Shown: positions 1 to 8,761, counted from the first letter of the stretch. The stretch: DNA of 24,000 nt from Sulfolobus acidocaldarius DSM 639 (GCF_000012285.1 NC_007181.1:977706-1001705); one strand, 5' to 3'. The notes: a model not told the origin generated them from the letters alone. Numbers and translations: made by a program.

Positions 1-748
1 CTACAGTCAAGAATATTTTACCATTCTGATTAATAGTGTATACGTACTTGTCATAATTCCCACCAGTAATTGTTAAAAATGTGTAAATAACTTGAATAGC
101 AAAGTTCTGCCCATTATTACTATAGTATTTATTCTCAGTGAGATCATGATACACCCACTGAACCCATGTTCCATTAGGGAACGGACCTATGACTGCAGTA
201 TAATTACCCCACAGAGGATTATATACCATTGTCACATCAGTGATATTGCTCCAAGGTAACCCTGTCTGTGGTCCTGATGCAATTCCGTAATGAACCACAA
301 TATCATCTGGTGCTCTTCCTATTGTGGTAATCAATATTGAACCATTACTGAGAACTGTAGCGTAAGTAATCCCCACCACTGGTGGATTTACTTCTAAATT
401 CCAGTTCCAGAACGGATGATTATCATAGTTTATCCATGTATTTGTGGTGTTGTCGTGGAAAACCCATCCAATCCAAGTCCCATTCTGAAAAGGACCTATT
501 GTTGCAGAGAAGTTATTTCCATTCCAGGTCATTGGTGTATCATATACTTGAGTCCATGATGACTGAGGTCCAGGTTGTACTCCCCAGTGTAGTATAACAT
601 CGTCACTGCTAGGTAGTCCAGATAGATATATTGTGACATATCCATTTGATGTGACATTAAAGTTAACGCTGACATTTCCAGTTTGCGCTAGAGCTAGGAC
701 AGACAGGATGGATATTACGAATATACTTAGCACTAGGACTACTTTCAT
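1..748 (-). CDS. Secreted glycoside hydrolase / alpha-amylase-like protein, N-terminal part (gene runs off the left edge)
   Basis: It is absent from the ORF track because it has no stop codon in the window. The minus-strand ATG (cat at 746-748) opens a frame that stays open for 249 codons down to position 2. My translation begins MKVVLVLSIFVISILSVLALAQTGNVSVNF, a Sec-type signal peptide. Two tandem Trp-rich modules of about 95 aa follow (DDVILHWGV..GPQ..W..WNGNNFSATIGPFQNGTWIGWVFHD and DDIVVHYGI..GPQ..W..WGNYTAVIGPFPNGTWVQWVYHD), reminiscent of starch-binding CBMs. A TATA-like AAATTTATAAAC (769-780) lies about 27 nt upstream. The position next to malEFG matches my memory of an amyA gene at this locus; the catalytic domain is not in the window. 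Confidence 0.75.
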   Translation of the reverse strand, partial: MKVVLVLSIFVISILSVLALAQTGNVSVNFNVTSNGYVTIYLSGLPSSDDVILHWGVQPGPQSSWTQVYDTPMTWNGNNFSATIGPFQNGTWIGWVFHDNTTNTWINYDNHPFWNWNLEVNPPVVGITYATVLSNGSILITTIGRAPDDIVVHYGIASGPQTGLPWSNITDVTMVYNPLWGNYTAVIGPFPNGTWVQWVYHDLTENKYYSNNGQNFAIQVIYTFLTITGGNYDKYVYTINQNGKIFLTV

Positions 749-834
749 AAATAAAAATAGATATTCAAGTTTATAAATTTTTTGGTGTAATTATTTTAAT
801 CATATAAAAAATATTACAAAACAAAAATAAAGCC

Positions 835-1692
835 TTACTTACCTCCTGATAGGGAATATACGTTCCTGATGTACTTTTGAAAGGCTATGAATATAGCCAT
901 AATTGGTACACCCATGATTACAGAGAACGCTGCAAAAACATTGTACAAGGTTGAGTGATTTGTCACTGCTAAATAGTACATACCCAATGTCAAGGTCCAC
1001 ATATTCCCTGAGGTTATGAAAGCATTTGCTAAGGCATAGTCAGTATAAGCACCTAAAAAGGCGAGTAACATTACGAAAGCGACAATTGGTCGTGTCATCG
1101 GTAAAAGTATTCTTATATATGCTCTGAATCTTGAAAGACCATCGACCATAGCAGCCTCCTCATATTCTGGGGGGATAGTATCTATGAATATTTTAACTAG
1201 ATAAGCACCGAAAATAGATGTGCCCGATGAATAAGCCAGGATAAGACCATAATATGTATTTATCAGATGTAAAGAAGCGAACATTAGATATAATGGTATT
1301 ACAGTAGCCACAGATGGTAAGAAAGTTAGTATGTAGAGGAAAACGATTAGAGCCTTCTTTCCTGGTACATTCAATCTGGATAACGCAGCCCCGGTCAAAA
1401 AGGCTACTAATACGGAGACAATTATTGTACCTAAAGCCATGATAAGGCTATTTCTTAACCAGACAAAGAAGGGCTCCTGAAACAAAATGTCATAATATGC
1501 ATTCAAACTTATCCTGCTAGGCAAAAGTGAGCCTAGACTCACAGAAGCTAATGAGGGGATATTGTTCAGTGACGTGATTACTATGTAATAAATTGGGAAT
1601 ATTGAAATTATTGCCATTACGACTAAAACTAAATATGATATTGCCAATCTAATTATCTTACCTACTGTTCTCTTGCTACCGACCCTCTGCAT
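835..1692 (-). CDS. malG: Maltose/maltodextrin ABC transporter permease (MalG-type, CUT1 family)
   Basis: This is a 285-aa ORF with about 6 hydrophobic segments. It carries the EAA-loop motif EYEEAAMVDGLSRFRAYIRILLP typical of binding-protein-dependent permeases. Its start overlaps the malF stop by 1 nt (TAATG at 1690-1694), indicating co-translation in an operon. Confidence 0.92.
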   Translation of the reverse strand: MQRVGSKRTVGKIIRLAISYLVLVVMAIISIFPIYYIVITSLNNIPSLASVSLGSLLPSRISLNAYYDILFQEPFFVWLRNSLIMALGTIIVSVLVAFLTGAALSRLNVPGKKALIVFLYILTFLPSVATVIPLYLMFASLHLINTYYGLILAYSSGTSIFGAYLVKIFIDTIPPEYEEAAMVDGLSRFRAYIRILLPMTRPIVAFVMLLAFLGAYTDYALANAFITSGNMWTLTLGMYYLAVTNHSTLYNVFAAFSVIMGVPIMAIFIAFQKYIRNVYSLSGGK

Positions 1693-2576
1693 TATCCCCT
1701 CCCCTCCAATATTCTCGAGTATCTGAACATAATAACAGCCATAATTGCAAGTATTATAGTACTTATTATGGAGTATGCAGAAGCAAGCGCATATTGGTTA
1801 TAACTAAACGCCTCCTGATAAGAATAAACTATCAATATATCCGTGGACGTGCCAGGACCTCCTCCGGTAAGTATAAATACGGGATAGAAATTGTTCCAGG
1901 TGAATATGAAACCACTTACGCCAACAAATACTAATGTACTCTTCATCATTGGTAACGTTATCCTGGCAAACCTCGTTAACATGCCTGCTCCGTCAACCTC
2001 TGCTATTTCATACAATTCTCTGGGTATGCTCTGTAACGCAGACAGAAAAATTGAGGTATAATAAGGGAAAGATAACCATACATTAGTAAGAATAAGTGCT
2101 ACCCAAGCATATGTGGTATTGTTAAGCCAATTTATTGGAGCTATTCCTATTAACCCTATTATCTTGTTTATTATACCATAAGAGTAGTCCCACATCCCTG
2201 ACCAGATAAGCAACGAGATATATGCTGGAAATGCCCACGGTATTAAGAAGGACGAAAAGAAAACATTCTTAAATTTTAGGTCACTCTGATTTAGTATTAG
2301 TGCTAGGAAGAAACCTAGTATCATCATTGGTATTAGACTCCCTATAGTCCAGATTGCCGTATTTTTGAGTAGTTCGACAAAGTAAAAGTTAGGATTAGTT
2401 AAGATATTGATGTAATTTTTGAAGCCAATATAAGAATACTGGAAGAAATGAAACAGGCTGAAATTCGTGAACGAGATATACACAGCGTAAGCAACTGGAT
2501 ATAAGAATAGGAACAGAACTAATGCTAGTATGGGAAGAAGGTAAAAATAATTAAAAATTACTTGTCTTTTACCCAC
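1692..2576 (-). CDS. malF: Maltose/maltodextrin ABC transporter permease (MalF-type, CUT1 family)
   Basis: This is a 294-aa polytopic membrane ORF with the EAA-loop ELYEIAEVDGAGMLTRFARITLP. It lies 10 nt downstream of malE on the same strand. Confidence 0.92.
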   Translation of the reverse strand: MGKRQVIFNYFYLLPILALVLFLFLYPVAYAVYISFTNFSLFHFFQYSYIGFKNYINILTNPNFYFVELLKNTAIWTIGSLIPMMILGFFLALILNQSDLKFKNVFFSSFLIPWAFPAYISLLIWSGMWDYSYGIINKIIGLIGIAPINWLNNTTYAWVALILTNVWLSFPYYTSIFLSALQSIPRELYEIAEVDGAGMLTRFARITLPMMKSTLVFVGVSGFIFTWNNFYPVFILTGGGPGTSTDILIVYSYQEAFSYNQYALASAYSIISTIILAIMAVIMFRYSRILEGRG

Positions 2577-2586
2577 TTATTATCAC

Positions 2587-4029
2587 CTAGTACATGACAT
2601 CTGGTATAGCTAAAATAAAGTCTGGATAATACCCATTAGCTTGCATTTGTTGTATCATGGTTGATTCCATTTCTTGTGCAGCCTGTTGAGCCGTAATTTG
2701 ACCTGCATAGTACTCAGTGACGTATTCATGGAAGGTATTCCAATAGAAACTCATCTGTGGAATATTGGGGAACTTCTGTCCATAATTAGCCTGTTCAAAT
2801 ATCCCTGCCATTATACTGCCGAGATATGAGGGTGTTATGTTACCTGCTTTCAATTGAGTAAGAGCTTGATTATAGCTAGCGAGATATGCAGGTATATCTC
2901 CTGCTATGTTCCATAAGTTCATTTCTGCCTTATAGCCAGTGACAAACTGGATGAACAGAAGTGCAGCTTGTATCTGCTGTGGAGTTGCACCACTAGCTTG
3001 TGGACTAGATATAACCCAACCTGTAGATCCTATAAACGGTGCAGCTCTCAACCCTGTTTGACTTACAATTGGTAATGGTGCTGCTCCTAAATCAGAGCCC
3101 AGGGCACTAACGTACTTCTGTAGATCCCATGGACCGTCAAATATTATGGCAGCCTTACCACTGGTAAATAGCTGTTGTTCTAATGTGGTTGAGATACCTT
3201 GTGGGTTAACTCCCATTACATAAGTTAAGTTGTACCAGAATTGTAAAGCATTGACCATTGCAGTTGAGTTCAATTGAGGAATGCCTTGACTATTAAACAT
3301 CTGACCGCCAAAACCGGCAAACCAGGCAGCAAATCTATAACCGTATTCCTGACCCATTCCGTAAGCTATTCCCCAAACATTGTATGTCTTATTCACATTT
3401 AACGCAATATTCACTAACTGAGCAGTTGTATTGGGAGGATATGGTACATATTTCTTGTTGTAGAACATAACAATATAGTTGACGTTGTCAGGAAGCCCAT
3501 AAATTTTACCACTTAGGTTGAAATTATTGATTGCTATTGGTAAATATTGGCTGAATACACTGGAATTGAGATACTGAGAAAGATCCAGTAATAATCCGGC
3601 AGCAAATAATTTTCCTGCATCATCGCTTGTATCCCTATATACTATTGGGGCTTGACCTGCTTTCGCAGCAGAGGCGAAGTTGGAGGTGGCAACTGATACA
3701 CCATAAGTGACTTGAACGTGTATCCATGGATACTGTTGCTCGAAAGCAGCTAAAGTTTGATTGAATGCCTTATCCTCCGAGGGGCTATATGTATCCCATA
3801 CAGTTATAGTCACTGGGGTTTGCGACGTAGTAGAAGATACACCGCCACTCGAAGAACTTGAAGACATACTGCTGGATGTGTTTGTGGTTGTACTTGGACT
3901 ACTAGATGATGACCTACCCATTAACAGATATACACCAACTCCTATTACGATTATTAAAACCACTACTACAACTATTATTATTTGGGTATTGGATACTCCT
4001 TTTTTCCTTCTCCTGTAATCTTTGTTCAT
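2587..4029 (-). CDS. malE: Extracellular sugar (maltose/maltodextrin) binding protein of the ABC transporter, membrane-anchored
   Basis: This is a 480-aa ORF. The N-terminus has a basic stretch plus hydrophobic helix (RRRKKG VSNTQIIIVVVVVLIIVIG). It is followed by a Ser/Thr-rich linker (SSSSSPSTTTNTSSSMSSSSSSGGVSSTTSQT) and then a family-1 solute-binding-protein-like body. The gene is first in an operon with two permeases and is divergent from the ATPase gene. Confidence 0.9.
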   Translation of the reverse strand: MNKDYRRRKKGVSNTQIIIVVVVVLIIVIGVGVYLLMGRSSSSSPSTTTNTSSSMSSSSSSGGVSSTTSQTPVTITVWDTYSPSEDKAFNQTLAAFEQQYPWIHVQVTYGVSVATSNFASAAKAGQAPIVYRDTSDDAGKLFAAGLLLDLSQYLNSSVFSQYLPIAINNFNLSGKIYGLPDNVNYIVMFYNKKYVPYPPNTTAQLVNIALNVNKTYNVWGIAYGMGQEYGYRFAAWFAGFGGQMFNSQGIPQLNSTAMVNALQFWYNLTYVMGVNPQGISTTLEQQLFTSGKAAIIFDGPWDLQKYVSALGSDLGAAPLPIVSQTGLRAAPFIGSTGWVISSPQASGATPQQIQAALLFIQFVTGYKAEMNLWNIAGDIPAYLASYNQALTQLKAGNITPSYLGSIMAGIFEQANYGQKFPNIPQMSFYWNTFHEYVTEYYAGQITAQQAAQEMESTMIQQMQANGYYPDFILAIPDVMY

Positions 4030-4256
4030 CGGGTTAACTTAATCACGTAATTATTTATAAACTTAATATATATATAAAATATTTAAGGTCTAAACTTAAG
4101 GACACCTCCGTTGAACATGTCAACTTAAGTATTATAAGATGTAGTTTACGAAATGATATTAGTATTATTAATTAGCCTTTATTTAATTTACTTAAATTTA
4201 TTTCTAGTTTCCAGTAAAATTTTTAAACCACAAGGAGTAGGTAAAAAAAGATAAGC
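4030..4256. promoter_or_regulatory. Divergent malE / malK control region
   Basis: This is a 227-bp AT-rich spacer between divergent start codons. TTTATAAATA (minus-strand reading of 4051-4060) lies about 27 nt upstream of the malE ATG, implying a leaderless or very short leader. A direct repeat AACTTAAG occurs at 4093-4100 and 4122-4129, and the second copy overlaps the end of the inverted repeat GTTGA-ACATG-TCAAC at 4110-4124. From memory, the malE promoter of S. acidocaldarius is maltose-inducible through the activator MalR. Confidence 0.55.
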
Positions 4257-5333
4257 GTGCAATCATCAGCATTTCTCCAACTATCAGATATCTGGAAATC
4301 ATTTAAAATAAAAAAACAAGTTATTGAGGTTCTCAAGGGAGTTTCTCTTGATGTAAATAAGGGGGAATTTGTGGTAATATTAGGTCCCTCAGGAGAGGGC
4401 AAAACTACACTTCTCAGAATAATATCAGGGCTTGAGGTTCAAGACAAAGGTGAGGTTTACATTGACGGAGAAAGGGTCGATAATATTCCACCTAAAGATA
4501 GAAACGTTGCTATGGTATTCCAAAACTACGCCATATACCCATTCATGTCAGTCTTTGACAATATAGCCTTTCCTCTGAAACTGAAAAAACTACCTAAACA
4601 AGAGATAGCAAAAAAGGTTAGAGAGGTAGCCGAATTATTGCAGATAGAAAAGCTCCTCGATAGAAAACCTTACCAGTTATCGGGTGGACAAAAGCAAAGG
4701 GTAGCAATTGCCCGTGCCCTAGTCAAAGGTGCACAGTTATTATTGATGGATGAACCTTTAGCTAATCTCGATGCACAAATAAGAATGATAGCAAGAGAAG
4801 AACTCAAAGAACTTCAGAGAAAGTTAGGATTCACCGTAGTTTACGTTACACACGATCAGACTGAAGCCCTTGCTCTAGCCGACAGAGTAGCATTACTTAG
4901 GAAGGGTGTACTTCAGGCATACGATAAACCAATGAAATTGTTTAAGAGACCTAACAATATATGGGTAGCGTCGTTCTTAGGTAATCCACCTATGAATCTA
5001 CTTAAAGTAAAGGTTGATGAAGGTGCAGTGTTATTAGATGAGTATAAGATTGAAATTCCCTCTGAAATATCGGAGAAACTAAAGGGTAGAAGCGAAGTTA
5101 TCATGGGTATAAGACCAGAAGATATAGATATAGGAGGGAAAATTAAAGGGAGCGTGGAATTAACTGAACCTCTAGGTCTTTTCTCAGTGATACATGTAAA
5201 AATACGTGAGGATGAAATAAGAGTTGTAACAAATTCATCAAGCTCTTACGTTAAGGGTGACACTATACAATTAGCTATTTCAGGGAACAAAGCTCTATTC
5301 TTCGATGAAAGTACAGGTGAGTTAATAACATAA
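4257..5333 (+). CDS. malK: ABC transporter ATP-binding protein (MalK-type, sugar import)
   Basis: This is a 358-aa ORF with a GTG start at 4257. It has Walker A GPSGEGKTT, the ABC signature LSGGQKQR, Walker B LLLMDEPL, the H-loop VTHD, and a C-terminal TOBE/MalK-like regulatory domain. Confidence 0.93.
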   Translation: MQSSAFLQLSDIWKSFKIKKQVIEVLKGVSLDVNKGEFVVILGPSGEGKTTLLRIISGLEVQDKGEVYIDGERVDNIPPKDRNVAMVFQNYAIYPFMSVFDNIAFPLKLKKLPKQEIAKKVREVAELLQIEKLLDRKPYQLSGGQKQRVAIARALVKGAQLLLMDEPLANLDAQIRMIAREELKELQRKLGFTVVYVTHDQTEALALADRVALLRKGVLQAYDKPMKLFKRPNNIWVASFLGNPPMNLLKVKVDEGAVLLDEYKIEIPSEISEKLKGRSEVIMGIRPEDIDIGGKIKGSVELTEPLGLFSVIHVKIREDEIRVVTNSSSSYVKGDTIQLAISGNKALFFDESTGELIT

Positions 5334-5660
5334 AGAATCTTGCGATGGTTAACCATGGAAGGTATTAAACTAAAAATTCTTAGTAAAAAAATAACCTTCA
5401 ACCTTCCATAAAATTCTTGTGTACTTATTTAAAGCAAATTATTATTGCTAAACGGTGAATATTACATTAAATGTGAATAGAACTTAGATCGTCTTAACAT
5501 CTATTAATTTCTTAGCCCAATCAAATTATTCTTATTTATCTAACCACCTCGTAATTCATGGTCATGAATCGGGCGAAACTATACCTAACGTACAATATAA
5601 GACAACATTTAAGAAGAGAAATCGAAAATCTTAAAAAAGGCTAACTTATTTACTAAACCT

Positions 5661-6143
5661 CTAGTCAGATCCTGCTCCACAACCACAGTACCCAAACTCG
5701 TCAATCTCCAGACCACATACAGGACATGAGTTTAAATCACTTGCTTCTATCCTCATGTTCGATAGATTATCCAAGTCCACCAACGCTTTCACTAAATCCC
5801 TTATTGAAACAATACCGTGGACCTTATCACCCTCAACTACCGGTAAGTGTCTAAATCCGTTATCCACCATTGTTTTTAAGGCAGTATAAATATCGGTGCC
5901 TATTTTTACTCCTTTTACCTCTCTGCTCATATAATCTCCTACTGTTGCATCAAAATTACCATCTGCAAATGCTTTAACTACATCTCTTTCTGTTATTATT
6001 CCAACTACTTCCTCATTCTCGTTTACCACTACTAATGCTCCTATATTGTGGTTTCTCATCTCTCTAGTTGCCCTCAAAAGACTGTCATTTTCTCTTACCA
6101 CAAGGACGGGCTTACTTATATATGTTTTTAATTCTGATAGCAT
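5661..6143 (-). CDS. CBS-pair domain protein with C-terminal Cys-rich (CxxC...CxC) zinc-ribbon-like tail
   Basis: The ORF track gives 5661..6194. I prefer the internal ATG at 6143 (MLSELKTYISKPVLVV) because a TATA-like TTTATATTTTTAAAT lies about 30 nt upstream of it, inside the longer ORF. There are two CBS motifs (IGALVVVNENEEVVGIITERDV and FRHLPVVEGDKVHGIVSIRDL). The tail is SCPVCGLEIDEFGYCGCG. Confidence 0.85.
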   Translation of the reverse strand: MLSELKTYISKPVLVVRENDSLLRATREMRNHNIGALVVVNENEEVVGIITERDVVKAFADGNFDATVGDYMSREVKGVKIGTDIYTALKTMVDNGFRHLPVVEGDKVHGIVSIRDLVKALVDLDNLSNMRIEASDLNSCPVCGLEIDEFGYCGCGAGSD

Positions 6144-6375
6144 AAGTATATACTTGCTTAAATCATTTAAAAATATAAATAAGTAATCTCTCAATAAAGA
6201 TATATTAAACTACATTTTAACTTTTTAAAAATATGTTGAAACATAATAAAATAACCATAATTATAATTTTACATTCCCCTTAAATAGTTCCTCATGTAAC
6301 ACCCAGTTCACATATTAACTTCTTATATATTGTGCGTATTAAATTAAAAAATTTTAAAATTAATATGAGTAAATA

Positions 6376-6819
6376 TTATTTAACATTAAACGCAATCTCT
6401 AATAACTGCTTAGAATTCCTATAACGCCAATAATCTTGAATTATCTGACCTACTTCTCCAGTAGTGTTTGTGTGAGATTTATTACATGCATTTATGTTCC
6501 AATCATCTATAACGACAATGTTTAATTGTGAAACCTCAGGAGGTACAGGGAAGAGATCGTATATCTGGTCACCATATTTCCTCTCTGCCTGAACCCTATC
6601 AAGAACTTCAGTCCTTATCAATGCGTTTTCCTGTACTTTCTTATTAGCTAAGTTAAATATTTCAGCGATCTCCTCATCGGAAGGCTTTCTCTCAAATTTA
6701 ACAGTTAGCCGACCGTGATTGTCTTGAGTGTAAACACTAGCTGTCCACTTTGCTCCTAAAACCTTGACTACAGCTCCCTTGAGGACATGAAGGGCAGTAT
6801 GAGTCCTTACCTCTATCAC
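6376..6819 (-). CDS. alaX: AlaX-S type alanyl-tRNA editing protein (Ser/Gly-tRNA-Ala deacylase, free-standing second additional domain)
   Basis: This is a 147-aa ORF with a GTG start. It carries the zinc-binding motifs HTALH (HxxxH) and CNKSH (CxxxH), which are diagnostic of the threonyl/alanyl-tRNA synthetase editing (SAD) fold. Its size matches AlaX-S. Confidence 0.85.
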   Translation of the reverse strand: MIEVRTHTALHVLKGAVVKVLGAKWTASVYTQDNHGRLTVKFERKPSDEEIAEIFNLANKKVQENALIRTEVLDRVQAERKYGDQIYDLFPVPPEVSQLNIVVIDDWNINACNKSHTNTTGEVGQIIQDYWRYRNSKQLLEIAFNVK

Positions 6820-6890
6820 AGAATCTATTACTAAATTTAATGATAATAAGTTTTCATGAGTGCTACTATGGACAACAAAACCTTTCAGAT

Positions 6891-7874
6891 CTAACTTAGC
6901 TTAAGGCTAATCTTTTTCTTCTCAGCCTTCCAGTCAACCGTTATAGGTCCTAAACCACGTTTACTTCTTAAATAGTTATAAGCTGACAATGCAGCCTTAA
7001 CACCCTCAGCAGCTGCTATAACTGCCTGCTTGTAAGGAGTCTGTGTCACATCTCCAGCCGCAAAAACTCCTTCCCTACTTGTCCTGCCAAATTCATCTAC
7101 GATCACCTCTCCTTTATCATTTAATTTTAGAAATCCTCTTAGAAAATCAGTCTTCAAAACATAACCCATTTCAATTATAACTCCTTCTACCTTCAGCCTC
7201 AATGTCTCTCCCCCTTTATTGATAACCACTTCTTCAACTTTTCCGTTACCGTTTATCTGAAGAACTTTAGACGATGTGTAGATCTTGATGTTTGAGGTAG
7301 ACATAATTTTCTTTATCAATTCCTCGTCTCCTGATAATTGTCCTGAAGAGGTAACGTAATATGCCGGATTGGCATGTTTAGAAAGTATCTCAATAGCCTC
7401 TAATCCTGGCTCTCCTTCACCGACTACCATAGCAGGTTTTCCCTTGAAAAAAGCTGCATCGCAAATAGCACAGTAGGAGACTCCCTTACCTTTGAACTCT
7501 TGTTCTCCTGGGACGTTTAACTCCCTCGGAGTTTTACCAAATGCTAAGACTATGGTCTTAGACTGATAAACATTATGAATCCCATTAACTATGAAAATTT
7601 CACCTTCTTGACTTATCTCTTTAACTTCCTCCCCTAAAACAAACTCTGCGTTAAATCGCTTTGCTTGAGTGTATATCTTCTGAGATAAACCCCGACCACC
7701 TATACTTTCGATTCCGGGATAATTTTCAATAAGGTCTGTCAGCGTGAGTTGACCTCCTAGATCTTTGGACAACACTAAGGTGGATAGTTTCTGTCTAGCT
7801 GAGTATAAAGCTGCACTTAAACCAGCTATACCACCGCCAATTATTATTGTATCATACACTTTGTTGGTGTCCAT
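6891..7874 (-). CDS. trxB: Thioredoxin reductase-like FAD/NAD(P)-dependent pyridine nucleotide-disulfide oxidoreductase
   Basis: This is a 327-aa ORF. It has the FAD-binding motif [12 protein letters not shown], the redox-active CAIC (CxxC) motif, a second dinucleotide fold [13 protein letters not shown], and the C-terminal FAD motif [13 protein letters not shown]-like tract lies about 26 nt upstream of the ATG. Confidence 0.9.
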   Translation of the reverse strand: MDTNKVYDTIIIGGGIAGLSAALYSARQKLSTLVLSKDLGGQLTLTDLIENYPGIESIGGRGLSQKIYTQAKRFNAEFVLGEEVKEISQEGEIFIVNGIHNVYQSKTIVLAFGKTPRELNVPGEQEFKGKGVSYCAICDAAFFKGKPAMVVGEGEPGLEAIEILSKHANPAYYVTSSGQLSGDEELIKKIMSTSNIKIYTSSKVLQINGNGKVEEVVINKGGETLRLKVEGVIIEMGYVLKTDFLRGFLKLNDKGEVIVDEFGRTSREGVFAAGDVTQTPYKQAVIAAAEGVKAALSAYNYLRSKRGLGPITVDWKAEKKKISLKLS

Positions 7875-8020
7875 ATATTTCTTTTTAACTAAATATAATA
7901 AAAAGTTAACTTATACTAAAGCGACGTCGCACAAAATTTTGCCGGTAATTTCCTGATTTTCCAGGTCATTAGAGAAAATTAAACATGTCTTTTTATTACC
8001 TTAAATACATAATATACACT
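7875..8020. promoter_or_regulatory. Divergent trxB / msrA promoter region
   Basis: This is a 146-bp AT-rich spacer. A TATA-like TTTTTATTATATTT (minus-strand reading of 7897-7910) serves trxB, and TTTTATTACC (7991-8000) lies about 26 nt upstream of the ATG at 8021 for msrA. Confidence 0.5.
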
Positions 8021-8551
8021 ATGGAAGTTGCAACTTTAGGCGGAGGTTGCTTCTGGTGCACAGAAGCAGTGTTTAAGAGAGTTAAAGGTGTAGTAAGTGT
8101 TAAACCGGGTTATTCCGGTGGAAAAGTTCCAAATCCAACTTATGAAGAAGTATGCACAGACGAGACAGGACATGCTGAGGTAGTCCAGATAACCTTCGAT
8201 CCCTCAGTCATCACATATAGGGAATTGCTCGAGATATTTTTTGAAATTCATGATCCAACTACACCCAATAGACAAGGTAATGATGTAGGCTCTCAATACA
8301 GATCAATAATACTCTATCATAGTGAGGAACAGAAGAAGATCGCCGAGGAGATGATTAAGCTTTACGAGAGGAAGTTAGGTAAAAAGGTCGTTACCGAGTT
8401 AGTACCTTTTGAAGCATTTTATGAGGCTGAGGATTATCATCATGACTTTTACGACAAGCACAAGAATTATCCCTATTGCAAATTAGTTATTGACCCTAAA
8501 GTAAAGAAATTTATGAAAAACTTCCCAGATAAGGCTTCAATAAGGATCTAA
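8021..8551 (+). CDS. msrA: Peptide methionine-(S)-sulfoxide reductase MsrA
   Basis: The active-site motif GGGCFWC lies at the extreme N-terminus ([18 protein letters not shown]), followed by GYSGG and the HDPT..NRQG.D.G.QYRS signature. The track ORF starts at 7985, but that ATG lies upstream of the TATA-like element. Starting at 8021 gives a canonical 176-aa MsrA. Confidence 0.92.
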   Translation: MEVATLGGGCFWCTEAVFKRVKGVVSVKPGYSGGKVPNPTYEEVCTDETGHAEVVQITFDPSVITYRELLEIFFEIHDPTTPNRQGNDVGSQYRSIILYHSEEQKKIAEEMIKLYERKLGKKVVTELVPFEAFYEAEDYHHDFYDKHKNYPYCKLVIDPKVKKFMKNFPDKASIRI

Positions 8552-8696
8552 TGCACTGTACTGTTAATAGAATAGTGGTTGATTTATAAATGACTTTGTA
8601 AATAGATTATAAACTCAAGTGAATAAAAATTTTTAATCTTTTGATTTATGCTCCTTTCTTATACTATATTTATTAATTTATCGACACTGTATCATT

Positions 8697-8761
8697 AAAA
8701 TATTTTGAATGTGCACTTTTATACATATAAGAGACCATGTTATTGGCATTCAAAAATATTT
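8697..8761. repeat. Imperfect inverted repeat (14-15 bp arms, about 35-bp spacer) in an ORF-free spacer
   Basis: The left arm AAATATTTTGAATG (8698-8711) is the reverse complement of the right arm CATTCAAAAATATTT (8747-8761) apart from one extra A. Confidence 0.6.

Noticed and set aside
382-597. 71-aa plus-strand ORF from the track
   Set aside because: It lies entirely antisense to the long open minus-strand frame of the secreted amylase-like gene, which has a signal peptide and a clear internal domain repeat. It has no start context, and its composition is what the opposite strand of a coding region produces.
3761-4018. 85-aa plus-strand ORF
   Set aside because: It is antisense to the malE N-terminal region and Ser/Thr linker. 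Its low-complexity translation (TTTTTIII) mirrors the IIIVVVVV and SSSS codons on the other strand.
4913-5104. 63-aa minus-strand ORF
   Set aside because: It is antisense to malK, whose ABC motifs are unambiguous.
6144-6194. Longer start of the CBS-domain ORF (MRDYLFIFLNDLSKYIL...)
   Set aside because: The extension overlaps a TATA-like tract about 30 nt upstream of the internal ATG at 6143 and adds a non-conserved-looking hydrophobic peptide. I kept it only as an alternative.
7765-7956. 63-aa plus-strand ORF overlapping the trxB start
   Set aside because: It is antisense to the FAD-binding N-terminus of trxB and runs into the promoter spacer. It has no supporting motif.
7985-8020. Longer msrA start ([12 protein letters not shown]...) given by the ORF track
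   Set aside because: The extension is encoded by the AT-rich promoter itself, with a TATA-like element at 7991-8000. MsrA proteins begin right at the GCFWC active-site strand, so 8021 is preferred.
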